Shown here: one piece after another, positions 12,801-26,543 of the stretch
Numbering within the stretch: position 1 is the stretch's first letter
Layout: every line of letters starts with the position of its first letter
NCBI GenBank assembly: GCA_016748015.1
Contig: JAAOMT010000299.1
Coordinates: forward strand, 248,358 to 312,000
Reading direction: 5' to 3'
DNA length: 63,643 nt
Origin: Geosiphon pyriformis uo1
Taxonomy: Eukaryota > Fungi > Glomeromycota
The notes under the pieces: generated by a model
What the model was told of the DNA's origin: nothing
The model's input: only the letters and a program-made list of their open reading frames with translations
Database searches by the model: none
Translations under genes and position numbers: made by a program

Positions 12801-14905
12801 TTTAATTTGGAAGGGCCTGAAATTGAAATTGGGTCTGTCTCTGGATTTTCCTAATAATGTTTTGTACTATTCTTTATTTTATGGCTTAAAGACTTTTGAG
12901 CAGGTCCAAGCCAAAGACAAAGTTGCTGCTGTGATATGTTTTGCTAACTCTGTTGAAATTTTGGGCCAATTGTTCATGCATAGGTCACACAACTTACAGG
13001 TTTTGAGTTGGTGTCCTGTGCATTTTTTGTATTCTCCAGTTTACATTAGTGTTAATCCTTTGAACAACTTCTTGGCAGGTATGGTTCAGGTCTTTCTTAG
13101 TTCCGGTTTATCTTTGGGTAATCTTATGTGTAATGCTTTTTGCTTCTGATATGGAATTTCTTTATCTGGTATCCTTGGTAAGTTGATGTATTTCAGGTGC
13201 CATTCTTTCCTTTATCATTATAGAATTGCTTTTGTTGAGCAGCTTTGGTGCTGGAATGATACTGTTTTTGACTGAAAGACTTTTAAGCAGTAGAAGAGAC
13301 TTGACCCATGTGGTTCTGTTTCTGTCTGGTTTGTTACTGCCACTTAGTATCTCCATGATTTTGGTTCTTTTAATGCCAGCTCTTTTCCTCTGGATGTTGC
13401 TGCTGCAAAAAACATTCTTGAATCTCATAAGTTTAGGTCAGTGCATGATTAATTGTCTGGCATTGGTGCCTCTGGCTTTTTTGTGTACACAGATGGTTTT
13501 CTTTGTAGCTTGAGAAGTGTTGATATAAAAGCTAGTACTGCTGTATTCTTTAAGAACATTAACTTAGGTTTTGGGGTAAAGGTGACTGGCATGGTGTTTT
13601 CTACATTGGCGGAGCTTCAGGCCATTGCATTGGCTCTTGAGTGTGTGCTTAGTTTGAGTTCAGTCTGTCTATTTTTTGACAGCCAAGCTGTTTTGAATAC
13701 GTGTAAAGCTGAATTATTGTTGTTGGTTCTGGATTTTTAGAACAAATATTGGATTGAACATTAACATATTGCTAATATCATACATAAAAAGAATTTGAAT
13801 GTTGGCTAATATAAAGTTAAAAGACACTCAGATGTTTCAGGTAATGATCAAGCTAACCTGCTTGCTAGTGTCTTTTCCCATTCAGGCAGGCTTTTTTTTT
13901 TCCAGCTCAAAAAATGTTTTGTTTTGGCTAATGGCAGTATAGTTTCTAAAAACTCTAGACACTTTGTTTGTGATATTTTTTGGTCTATCCATTGTGTATG
14001 CTGAAAATTAGGCTCTGGCACCAAAATTGTGAACAGTTGTCTGCTTACAGATATTGATTGGTTTAAATCATCTCTTGTTTGGCATTCTGACTCTCACATG
14101 GCTGTTGGCTTTATGAGTCACCACTTTGCTGGCTTTCATTCCTATTTTATGAAAGCTTTATACCATAGACTGTCTGTTGCTGTTCACAAACACCTCTATG
14201 ATAAATGTTATCCCAGTGTGGTGTGTCTATATTGTGGCAATGTTGAAATGTTGGACCATGTTTTTTCTTGTGCATTTAATACAGCTGCTTGGTTTTAACT
14301 ATTTGTTGATTTTGCTTCTGCTTGGAAAGCTATTTCTGGTCTTTCCCATGTCTCCTCTTGTGTGTTACAAATGTTATCTAATTGTTTGGGTGATTTGGGA
14401 CTGGTTGCTTTACTGTGCAAAGGTTTTGTGCTCGTAGATTGGTACCAAGAGACTGCTTCCTGCTTTGATGACTCTAAGACTACATCAGATAAGGTAGTTG
14501 AATTTGTTTGTGGTTTGTGTCTGTCTTTTAAAAATGATATTTGGCTGGTCTGCTCCAAGCATCATGCTTTTATGAAGAAACATGATCTGATCTCTCACAA
14601 TGGTTTGATCTTTGTCTCAGTGTCTGGTGGCATGTTGATGCTTTTGGTCCAAATGATTAGGTTGCTTGGTATTGATAATGCATTTGGTGTTAGTTTTGAA
14701 TTGTATAGTTCTTATTGGTTTTTCTCAGGTATAGGTAATTTGGTTTCTGTATATGTGAGTATATAGTGTAGTTTTGGTTGGCTTGAATGACTAGTCACAT
14801 GTAAAAAAAGCATGATTCATACTTAGTATAGATTATTATTTTGATGTATTGTTACTAGGCAGTATTTGAACTTTGTTCATTAAAATAATAATAATAATAA
14901 TAAAA
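9880..14905 (+). mobile_element. LINE copy 1 (ORF1 3' end, ORF2 10080-14766, 3' UTR, (TAA)n/A tail), degenerate
   Basis: WKIATCNVRGMN (APE start), ILGGDFN, IDYIFVS, RT with FVDDTI, RNase H VYTDG...AELQAI, C-terminal CLYCGNVEMLDHVFSC; tail 14881-14905. Confidence 0.92.
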
Positions 14906-16053
14906 ATTAACCAGAATTAAATTCTCAATAAGCAAAAATTTACTCTTTTTATATCTATTCTGAATTTTGTGTTAAGCATCCAAATTTATTCTCTGTAATC
15001 AATAACCAGATTTCATACAAAATTTAATTAATATATATAAATTAAAATATTATATTATTAATTTTAATTTTTAATTAATTTTTTTAATAAGTAATATATT
15101 GATAAACTTGGTTTTTAAATTATTTTTTTATTAAAATTAACTTAAATGTATTTTTAAAAAACCTTAACAAAAAAATAATTATTAACCAAAAAAAAATATG
15201 CTTTATAAATTATTAAAAACAGTTTTATGCTATTAATATTTAAAAAAATATTTTTAAACTATTTTGTTTAATTGTTTTTATATTAAAAAAAAATTTTGTA
15301 TTAAAACTTTATTAGTTATTATAAAAAATTTAATATTTATAATTTTTTATTTTTTGCTTTAATTATTATAAAAATAATAAAAAAAAAGTTATATTTATTT
15401 TATTTTTTAAAATTTTTATTAAAATTTATAATTAATTTTAAAATTTTAAGAATTATTATATTAATGTTAATTTTTATGTTAAAATTATTGGTTTTTTGGT
15501 TTTTTATTATTATTGTTAATTTTGCAATCAGTTTTAAATTGGTTTTTTAAAATTTGATTTGTTTATATTAATTGTATTAATTAAATTTATTGGTTTTTTA
15601 ATTGTTTTAATTACTAAATTAATAAGTATTTTATCATAATAATAAAAATTCTTATAATTAAAAAAAAATATTGATAGTTTTAAAAAATTAATAATTTAAG
15701 TAAAAATATAATTAGTTTTAAAATAAAATATGGTATAAATAATTTATTTAATAATAATAATCCAAATTTTTCTATTAATAAAAAATTTTATTAAGATAAT
15801 AATTTTTTTAAAAACTTTAAGCTTTTAATATTAAATTTAATACAAATAAAATTAACTAGTTTAAATGGTTAATTATTTTTAAAAAATATGTAAATTGTAT
15901 TTAATTTAAATTATTTTAATTATATATTAAATATTAATTGTATTTATTTTGTTAAATATAAAAAAACTTTTAACAATTAATAAACATATTAAAAAAATTG
16001 TTTTAGTTTTTATATTATTAATTTAATTTTTTATATTAAATAATATTATAATA
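14906..16053. other. Extremely AT-rich decayed repeat relic
   Basis: Almost no G/C; part is an inverted homologue of 31260-31460. Confidence 0.6.
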
Positions 16054-19000
16054 ATTTTTTTCTTGTTGATCCTCCAGTCACAACGAGAGCAAGATATTGT
16101 TGAAGAAAAAGTTTTTCTTACTTCTTATTCCCTTCATACTTCAACTATTTCTTTAGATGTATCTTTATTTGTAAACATAGAACTGGCAAGTCCTGTTACT
16201 GGTGGCTTTGGATCTACTTCTGCTGGTTTGGGGAACTGGCTTGATGCAAAAAAAAAGGGTAAATAGTGTATACTCTCACAGTACATCTTACAAAAAGCCT
16301 AGGAATCCTAAAATTGGCATCAGTGTAATTGACTTGTCTGCTGGTCTGTTGGGTCTGGCTAATATTGGAGACATTGACAGTAAGTTTTCAAAATCTTAGG
16401 ACAGTGAAATAGAAAGTAAAACAAATAGTGTAGATGGCCTGTCTGACTTAGAGAACATAAAAAATACTGTCACTGAAAAAACTAGTTATGCCAACTCAGA
16501 CAATTCTGTGATTGATGGCATGGAGGATGATACTACACCCAGAAAAATACATACTTGCATGTATGTGTTAGGTCAATCTCTGAAAGCTCCTTTGTTCGAT
16601 GTTTTGAGTGATAATGAGAATATGGTGGCTCTCCTGCCTCCCAAGTTTAAAAGTTTCAATCAGCTGCTGAGTACCAGATCACGTGTTTCAGATAAAAGAA
16701 AATTTGAGCCAGTAAAATCTTTTGTGCTTGATATTGAATTTTCTGCAGTGCCTAGCAAATTAGTTGGTAATAAATTGGTTTCAATTAAAAAAATTTTTTA
16801 TCAAGTAGATGGTTTTGGGGGAGCTTCTACTCCCTCAAAATTCCCAGAGATCATTAAATCCTCCTTTACTTCTGAGTTGAGTCTTAACAAGACTAAGGAA
16901 TTGGCAATTCGTAAGAAGATTTTTGTAAATAATAATGTTAGAAAATTGGGAAATAATTGTCAAGAAAATTCCTATAGATCTTTCCAGATCAGCAGTTGTA
17001 TCAGTTTTTTCCAAGTTTGGTAAGGTCGTGTCAGTTAAAATACAACTGATTGGTTTGTGGCAGAAAGCTTTGGTTGAGTTTGATTTGTCAGAGGTGGCTA
17101 ATTTGGTTGCATCTAAGTGGTCTGTTCTTATGCGAAAAAATTCTGTGCAGGTGGCATTGGCTGTTAAAGATAAACAATCTTGGGTGTTTAGGGATCAGCA
17201 TAGAACCTTGCTATATACTTTACCAGTTGGCATTACTGCTCATAATTTGTCTGGTTTGATTGAGTCATATAGTAGTAAGACCTGTTTTATTGGCCACAAT
17301 CTTAGTTCTTATGTCCATAACAGATGTGTTGTAATTTGTTTTGCTGATGAATCATCCAAGTTGGCTGTAATTGGATCTGTTCCAAATTTTAAGAATACAA
17401 GTTTGTGATGGGCTGATTTTTTCCTGGCTTGTTGCACCAAATATAAACAATTTGATCACATCTCTAATACATGTTTGTCTGGTGGGATTTCTGGAATTTG
17501 TGGGAAGCGAGTGGTGACTGATTAGAATCGGGTTTGTTTGGCTGGTATTTATAAGAAGAAACAAGCTCTTATTGCCTGTTCAGTTTTTTTTGGTAATAGA
17601 ACTTGGGCTCAGGTAGCTGGTGGTTTTTCATCTCAAGTGGCTTCTTTAATTTTTTTTGGTGCTGGTCTGTTTCTTGTTGCTGAGACCTCTCTATTTGCTT
17701 CTGCTTCATCTGGTGATTGTGACATGTATGGTCATTTGGTTTCTTTAGAATGCTCTTTGGAACTTTTGGCTGACCAGGTTTCTGGTATTTTGAAAAAATT
17801 GGGTTCCATAAAGTTGGTGCCTTTGGTGACTACATTTGATGCTTTTCCCTCAGCTGTTCTAGTGTCTGTAGTTTCAGGTTTGGATTTGGATATGGTTTTA
17901 AATAGTGCTTCAGCAATTTCCAATCTCTCTCCTCCTGTCATCAGTGGTACAGCTCCCATCATAAGTCCAAGTTCTTCTAAAGTTTTGACTACCAAAGTCG
18001 GTGGTTTAAAATCTAAAATAGTAGCTTTAGAGATTTCAGTTGAGTCTGTTTTGGAGAAATTAGATTATTTGTGCTCAGGTTTGGGTTCATCAGCTGCCTT
18101 TATTTCTCAATAAGTGTTTTGGTTTGGAAAGTTGTCATGTGCAATGTAAGGGACATGAACAATCCTGTGAAACAGAATAATATAATTCGTTGGTATAAAG
18201 AGACAAACAATTTAATTTTTATTGTTACTGAGACTAAATTAAAGGGTAAAATTCGCCCATGGATTATGAATAAGTTTGATAGTATTCGGGTGTTTACTTC
18301 TGGTTTGGATTCTGGTTATATAGGCTCTGGTGTTGCAATTGTTATGAACATTTCTTTGGCAAAACATATATACAGAGTTTCTGAGGTGCCTGGTCGGCTT
18401 CTGTCTATTAAGCTGCTTTTCAAGAATAAACTTTCTGTGTCTATTTTGGGGCTTTATGCTGATGCTTCTTTAATAGTTCAGTTTTCTCAGACTAGTGAAG
18501 TCAACTTTCTTATTGCTAAGGCTGTTAATAAATCTTTTTTTATTATTTTGGGTAGTGATTTCAATAAGAATGGTTTGTGTAAGAGTGCGAGTTTTAAAAG
18601 ATGTCTTGACTTGGAGCTGGTCAACTTTTTGTCAGGTAGCCTAATAGTAAAAAGTCCTACATGGGAAAATTTGAGAGGTGTGAAAAAAACAATTGATTTT
18701 GTGCTGATTTTATTTAATTTGGTTAATACAGTGGTGGATCACAATGTTGTGAATATGAGCAAACATTTCAATACTGATTATTGGGCAGTTTCTGTGTTTG
18801 TGGGCCTGGGCAGTCTGCTGGATACTCAGTTAAACTCTCTTCATAGGCAGGCTAATAGAGATTGTTGGAAGTTTGATTTTAGGGGTGCTAATGACAGTAA
18901 ATGGAAAAGTTTTAGAAATGTTACTTCAGCTAATGCTAAGATGTTTGCCAATAAGTTTGCTGCTGCTGTACAACTCTCAGATTTGGATGTCATGTGAAAT

Positions 19001-22000
19001 GTTTTGCACAAAATAATAACTTTTTCAGCAAATGAGATATTTAGGAAAAAATGATTCAAGGATTTTGATGGGGTTTTCACTAGAGATTTCTTGAGATTTT
19101 ATAGACTGGAGTTGCTGGTGTTTAAGCTGGTTAAGACTTTTCGTTTGGTCTCTAGTGTAGAATTTGCTTTGTTGTTGGATATGTGATGTGGGTTTGATGC
19201 TAATGGTGCATCAGTGGTAAAGTCTTTATTTCTTTTAGATTCCAATTTTGACACAATTCGCTTAGCCCTGATTAAGGTAAAAAAATTTTACCATTCTTCT
19301 AAATTGCTGGAATTCAAGCATGCTGAGGAAACAAGTATCAAGGCAGCTATTAACAAGAGGATAGAAAGTTTTGAATCAGATAAGGATCACACCATCAGGA
19401 GTATTTTGGAGCACTTTTTTTGCAAAGTGGTGCTGAATTATCTGGTTGTGGGTGACGAATTGGTATTAGAGCCAAGCCTAGTTAAATCTAAGGTGGATGA
19501 GATCATGGAAGATTGGACCAGGAAGTGCAGAGTTATGTCTAACATCTCAAATGAGTGGTCGTACCAATACTGGCCTCTAGAGTATGTTTTCAATAGTGCT
19601 TTTTCTGGTGTAATGTGTCCTGTTGGTGTTAATGAATTGCTTGGTGTGGTTTCTGATCTTCCTAAGAGTAAAGCTGTTGGTCTCTTTGGGATTTTGAATG
19701 AACTTTGGAAACATTGTGATAAATCAGTTTTGGTTATGCTTTTGGTGCTTTTAAACTCTTTTTTGATCTGTGAATCAATACCTGGTGCTTGAAAAAAAGC
19801 TTGGATATCAATAATTCCTAAGCTGTATGAATGAGATGGAATTCTCATGAACACCCAACCTATTGTCTTGATTGAAACTGCCTACAAAATTCTTTCCAAA
19901 ATTCTCTTGGATAGAATCTCATCAGTATGTAGTACTTTTGATGTTTTGTGTGGGGACAATTTTTTGGTCTTAAAGAGTACGACAACACAGTCACTCATTT
20001 TTGCCATTGGTTCAGTGATTGAAAATGCTTTAGAGAAAGGTTGTGAACTCTGGTTGGTTTTGCAGAACATGCGAAAGGCTTATGATTTGGTTGGATGTGA
20101 GCATCTTTAAAACAGTTTGGTTAGGATAAAGATATATAGCAGATTTATTAGATTTTTTGGTGGTATTCATAATGATTGCGTTAATAAGATTATGACAGAT
20201 TTTGGTTTGACAGATGGATACAAAGTACACAATGGGTTGGATCAGAGGAAGGTGTTTTTACCGCTTCTTTGACGCATATTTTATGATCCTTTTTTGTGTA
20301 AAGTCAAAAAACAGATGGATGGGTGTGGATATAGGTTGAATTCTTACTTTATTTCTGGATGTGGTCATGCTGAATCTCAGGCTGGTCTCTCCTCTTTTTT
20401 CATCACAGGTGCCTTTGTTGATTATACTATATGGGTTGGCAGCAGTCGAAGTACTACACAGTACATTCTCAATATTGCTAGTAAATTTTTTGATATTAAT
20501 AATATTTCAATTAATAATAATAAGACTGTGGCCATCCTCATTAATTGCAAGATTGCAGATCCTTCTCTGTTGATCAGTAAGTCACCTATTTTTATTGTCA
20601 AAAAAGAGGAATCACATCACTATTTAAGGATCTATTTGTCGACTAAGGGTCTTTCCAAACTTAGCTTGGCCAAAGCACATTCTGATGTCTGGTTTTTTGC
20701 TAATCTGGTTCTCAAAAAAGCAGTGTCTGATAAGCAGTTTTCATATTTGGTTTTGGCAGTCCTCTTTTTTATTGTTGGTTATAGAACACAATTCAGTTAT
20801 GTTCCCGTCAATGCTTGTAAGAAGTGGAACACTCTGATTCATAAGGGCTTGAAATCTAAGTCTGGCCTGCCATGTGACTTTCCTAGTGATGCAATTTATC
20901 ATCCTTCTCTGTATGATTTGAAGACTTTTGAGCAGATTCAGGCTGAGAATAAATCAGCCTCGGTCATTTTTTTTGCAAACTCTGTTGGTATTTTGGGTCG
21001 TTTATTCTCTTACTGGTCACATAATCTTTAGGTCCTTTGCTGGTGTCTATTTTATCTTTTGCAGTACCCAGTTCGTGTTAAAGTCAACTCTCTAAATAAT
21101 TTTTTGGCTGGTATGGTGCACATTTTTTCTGAATGTGATTTGTTCTTGGGTGGCTCTCTGACTGATGCTTTTTGTTGTCAGGGTGAAACCTTTATGTCTT
21201 GTGTTCTTGGTGAATCAACCTATTTTAAGTGTGTCTTTTTACTTCAGCATTATGGAATTGCCTTCATAGAATAGCTGCTGGACCAAAATGGGGCTATTTT
21301 TGATTGGAATACCTTTAAGCAATGGAAGTGAATGGACCTGTGTGGTCCAGTTCCTGCCTGGTTTGAGCTTTCTGTTCAATTTCTTAGTAATGTGTCATCT
21401 CTTTCTGTCTACTCCTTGCCTTTGGATGGTGGCAGCTCTTCAAATATTCTTTATTCTTGTGAGTTTAGTGCTATTAGTGCCAATTTGTTGTGTTCTGATG
21501 TTGGTTGCCTTTCTGTCTATATGGATGGATTCTTGAGTGGCTTGAGGTCTGTTGATATGAAAGCTGGGACTGCTGTTTTCTTTAGGGACATTAGTATGAG
21601 TTTGGGGGTGGAAGTTTCTGGTTTGATGTCTTCTACCTTAACAGAATTGTAGGCCATTGCTCTAGCTCTTAAGTGTGTCTCTTCTTCTTGCTCAATCAAC
21701 TTGTTCTCGGACAGTCAGGCGGCTTTGGATGCTTATAAGTTGGAGTTGGTTTTGGTTTGTCCAGATTTTAGAAATTGGTGTTGGATTGAATGTTGCCACA
21801 TTGTAAACGTTATTTGTCATAAGAATTTGGATGTTAATTGATATAAGGTCAAAGGTCATTTGGGTGTTTTGGGCAATGAGTGTGCGGATGAGTTGGCCAA
21901 AACTGCAGCTCTCTTTAGCTGAACTCTGCCCTATTCTATTATTGAGTGCTATCTTAGAGTTGGTGGTGCTGCTATTTTTGGTAATTCTAGGCATTTTGTT

Positions 22001-22931
22001 TAGGATGTTTTTCAATCAGTCTATTATGCACATTGGGAAATTGGTTCTGGTTTATGGATGGTAGTAGATAGTTTGTATGCAAATATTGATTGGTTCAGAT
22101 TATTGCTAGTGTGGTATCTGAATTCTCACATGGCTGCTGGCTTTACTAGCAAGTAGACTGCTGGTTTCCAGATGTATTTTATGAAGACATTGCACTTTCG
22201 GCTCCTTGTTGCCATGTGCAAATGGCTTTATAATAAAAGTTACCCTAATGTGGTGTGTTTGTTCTGTAGTAATGTCGAAGTCTTGGATCATGCTTTTTTT
22301 TGTTCATTTGATGCCAATGTTCATGCTCGTTTGTTGGACTCTCATGCATCAGCTTGGAGTGTGCGATCTGGCCTGAGTCATTCTTTCTTGGTTGTCTCAT
22401 AGCTGTTGTTTACTTATTCATTTGACATTTTGGTCAACACTGCTCTGTGCAAGAGTTTTGTTTTCAAGAATTGGTTTCATGAGTCTGTCTCTATTTTCAA
22501 GGATTCTAAAGTGGCAAGTCAGAACATTGTGGCCTTTGTGCATGAGTTTAGTCATGCTTTTGGGGAAGACATTTGGTTGATTTATGCCAAGCACCATGCT
22601 TTTATGGAGAATAATAGGCTTATTTTATGTGATGGATCTGTTTCTATCTCAATTTCTGGGCTTCCTTTAGTGTTATCAGTGGGCATGATTGGATTGCTGA
22701 GCATTGCTAAGACAATTGGTATTGGTTTTGGTTTTTGTAAGTCTTGTTTATTTTTTTCAAGCATAAGTAATGAAGTTTCTGTTCTTATAAGTATATAGTG
22801 TTGTTCTAATTGATCCGAGTGGCTAGTCACATGTAGAAAGTGCATGATTCACACCTAGTTTAGATCATTTGTATGATGTATTACACTAGGCAGTGTTTGG
22901 ATTTTACTCATTAAAGAAATAAAATAAAAAA
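16054..22931 (+). mobile_element. LINE copy 2, full length, degenerate (ORF1 ~16178-18113, ORF2 18110-22798)
   Basis: 5' hairpin, RRM-like ORF1 (VFSKFGKVVSVKIQLIGLWQKALVEF), APE/RT/RH/ZnF fragments, conserved 3' UTR, A tail; candidate TSD AATATTATAATA at 16042-16053 and 22932-22943. Confidence 0.92.
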
Positions 22932-23597
22932 AATATTATAATATAATTAGATATTAAAAACATAATTAACAAAAATTAACAAAAATTGGTTTTATTAAAC
23001 AATATAATTAAATATTAATTTAACAAATACATTGTTATAATCATTGTTTAAAATAAAATTAAACACTATAATTAATACTGTTAATACAAAATTAATAATA
23101 AAATTTTTTTATTTTCCAAAAGTCTTAAAATATTAATAATATTTTAAAAAATACCAAAAAATATTATTCTTTTTTAGTTTTTAGTTTTATTAATTATCCA
23201 ATTATATTTGAAAACAAAAATTTGTCTATTAACTTTTAGCTATTTTGATAAATATAAAAATAATCCTTTATAATTTATAAAAAAGAAAAAAACATATAAT
23301 TTTTAATGTTTCTATTTGTGGAAATGGTAGTCTGCAGAATTCAAGGGGCAGGATCCAGTTTTCATAATGCAAGTTTTTAAAAACTGCGGCTTTTTACCGC
23401 GTAGTTGGAAAGTTCTAAAGATCCAACATTCCCCAAGTTTTAAAAAATATTGATTTTCTACTATATTGTGACTTGTACTCCGTGTGTACACCAATCAATC
23501 ACCTTTAGCTTTTTCCAAGTTTAACGACTTGTTCTCTTTTTATTGAGAAGCCCTTGAATCGTAAATTTCTCGAGTTTAGTTTTATTATTTGTATTAA

Positions 23598-25023
23598 ATG
23601 GATTTTTCACAGTCGGCCGTTTTACTCTCGGCTTCTTCGCCTGCCTCACCTACTACTCCAACGACACCTCAAAGTTCTCACTATTCAATGTCGTTACAAC
23701 CGCCTTCACCAAACCCTGGAAAGATGAGCAGCAACACTTTTGTTCATAAGCTGTACAAGTATGTGACTTTCTGAGTGGAATGCCCTAACTTCCATGTTGG
23801 ACACTTTATGGTGCATCGCTGCAAGTTGATGTTTGCCTTTTTGTCAGTATGGTTGTAGATAAGCAATACCAACATCTCATTGCATGGAATTATACTGGCT
23901 CTTCTTTTATTGTTTGCAACATCATGGAGTTTTCTCGCGATGTCTTACCGAAACACTTCAAGCACAATAATTTCTCGAGCTTCGTTCGTCAGCTAAACAT
24001 GTAAGTATATTTTTGCTTTCCAATATAATAAACTATATGCGTATTGTATATTTCTTAATGAGTTTGTATTTTTTAGGTATGGTTTTCACAAAGTTAATAA
24101 ATCTCCTCGGGGACATCGAACACTAGCAGAAAATCAAATTTGGGAATTTTCTCATCCAAAATTTTTACGTGGACGTCCCGATTTATTAGATGATATTAAG
24201 AGAAAAGCGATGGAATCCGAAACTCTGAGACGTGAAACTGGAGATCTTCACGCTCATCTGGCAATGATGCAAGTTGCGCAAACTGATCTTTTGCAACAGA
24301 TTGCACAGTTGCAAGAAAACTTTCAGGAAGTTATGAGGGAATTAACAGAAACTAAAAACAAGCAAAATATGCAACAGCAATGGATGAAAGGAATGTGGGA
24401 CTTTATGCAAACTCAGAGTTCAGCCTCATCAAGTAAGTGGGTAACATGTCCTAATTGTAAAAATTTATCTTTTATATTTTTCCATTTTTTTTCAATTTTT
24501 ATTATGGTCTATGAATAACAAAAGTATAATTTACACACAAACTTTTGTATTTTATTTGTTTCAAACAGTTCCTTTTGAGCTCAACTTACCTGATAATTTT
24601 GACATAAAATCCGAACCCGAAAGACCACCAATCTACATCACATCACCTGACAATAATCATATGAATTTCGTATTCAACCCACCTTCAAGAACCACACCAT
24701 CATTGCAAATCAATACGAATTTAGCTGGTCATCACAGTAGTAGTAATTCTCCAAGTTCGCATGGACCAAGCCCAACTCATCGTGGTTTAAATATTCAGCT
24801 TCCACCAAATCCTTATTTAGGGGCTACCAGATTGAATCAAGCACCACCTCTATCCCCAAGCTCTCTTAGCTCCTATAATTCTGCCATAAACACCCCTTTG
24901 CCTCCTAGTCCTGCGCCTGGCTCACCAATGGGTAACATGATATCTGATGATGATATGGATGGTAGTACTTCGATTTATAGCCATGCGGGATCGGATTATG
25001 GTGAAGATTTTTATGAACTGTAA
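23598..25023 (+). CDS. HSF-type DNA-binding transcription factor, ~374 aa; exons 23598-23758, 23848-24000, 24077-24432, 24569-25023
   Basis: Spliced frame gives FVHKLYNMV...[13 protein letters not shown]...[30 protein letters not shown]...[22 protein letters not shown], then a coiled coil and a Ser/Pro-rich tail. All introns are GT-AG and phases match. Confidence 0.93.
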
Positions 25024-26543
25024 AATGTTTTCCTTTAATATGCAGTTGCACGCGTCCAATCCTTAAATTTTCGGTCCGGCCCAACGGGATGAGGAGCAGG
25101 AGACTTCGATTGATCAAGTTTACCTGTTTTTCTTCATCCAAGGCTTCTATTCCCTATACATTCTCTGATTCTCTCGTTCATTATAATTTTTTTATTTTTC
25201 TCTAAGCATCATCAGCTCCTCAGTATCAAAAACCTTTGCAATATTTAGACACAATATAGCATAAAATCGAAGGCTTAAGGATGATTATCGATCTGCGATC
25301 TTAGAGAAATTTAACATGACATCTTAATCCTTACAACCAACGACAACGATAAACGAATTTTGGAATATTCCCAAAGTTAATGTCGCTGTTGCATAATAGA
25401 AACATGGACCATACCACCTAAATGAGGATTCTAAGATTATGACTATAGAGGCAGCGGCGGGGGAGGGAACCTTTGTAGTATATATACATATATATAAAGT
25501 ATTACATAATCAAATATTTATCTTCTATCCTTTTTTTGACATCCACTCACAAAGTTGACCTGGAACAAGGAAGGTGAGGTCCCCTTATATTTCGAAATGG
25601 ATAGTTAGATGTCGTGTTCTTTAAAATATGATTTTCACTTCCATGATCGACAGGAATACCTCAATATTTTTATATTAGGCTTTTCTTCGTGTAATATACT
25701 TGGGCTCAAACTATTTCATCAACTATATAGTTTTTCCTCTTACTAAAGTAATTTCAAGAAGTACGTATTACTTCTTCACCATTAAAACCCTTTCATTAGG
25801 CAAATCGAAACTGCCCTCCCACCGTTGTATTTCCAAAGTTTCTATTAATTTTTCTGGTTTGTTTACTTGATCCTCGATTGATCTTTGAAATGCAATGTTT
25901 TTTATGATGGCTTCCCGCCATTGCAAATTTAATACCCTGCAATTTGCATCGGTTATCTTGAAATTTTCCGTTTCACAGGGTTTTTTCAAAAACAGACTTG
26001 ATAAACACCATATTCATATTATGATTATTTACCCAAACCCCTTGAAATCGAGAATTGATTTTCTATCACAAATAAAATCCTCGTCAATGTATACAAAAAA
26101 GCATTCATGCATTTGATTTACCCCAAATAGTGTTTGTATCATGAGACACGAATAAACAGAATCGGACAAAATTCACGTGACTTTATCTTAAATGCTTCAT
26201 TTTTGAATATGCTATTTCAGTCCTGCTATGGTACTTTTGTAAAATCAAATAAGTTTTAGAACTTGGGAACCCATGATATCATCGACTTAAGATCCTTGGG
26301 TTTTAAAGGTGCAAAAGAAACTGCACCAAAATTTACATGGAATTATTCATCGTAATCAACCAGAGCTAAACTTATATATTAATACTAATATAGTTTAAGA
26401 TATGGAAAGGGATCTAAGAAAGTTTGTAACTACAGGGGAAAATTAATATAAGTGAAGTAAGGAATTTAAATTTGGGCAAGTTAAGTAAGTTATTGATAAA
26501 GGAGCATGCAATAATTTTAAAAAGTAAAAGACGGAGAAATGGT

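Noticed and set aside
14906-16053. Mitochondrial or endosymbiont insertion explaining the AT-rich tracts
   Set aside because: No recognisable rRNA, tRNA or coding signal; transition-type similarity to another tract fits decayed nuclear repeats better.
16054-16095. Hammerhead or complete HDV-like ribozyme at the LINE 5' end
   Set aside because: No CUGANGA/GAAA three-stem core, and no room for the HDV P1 3' strand, P1.1 or P4.
23598-25023. Naming the gene HSF1 or SKN7
   Set aside because: No receiver domain (not Skn7), and orthology among HSF paralogues cannot be judged by eye.
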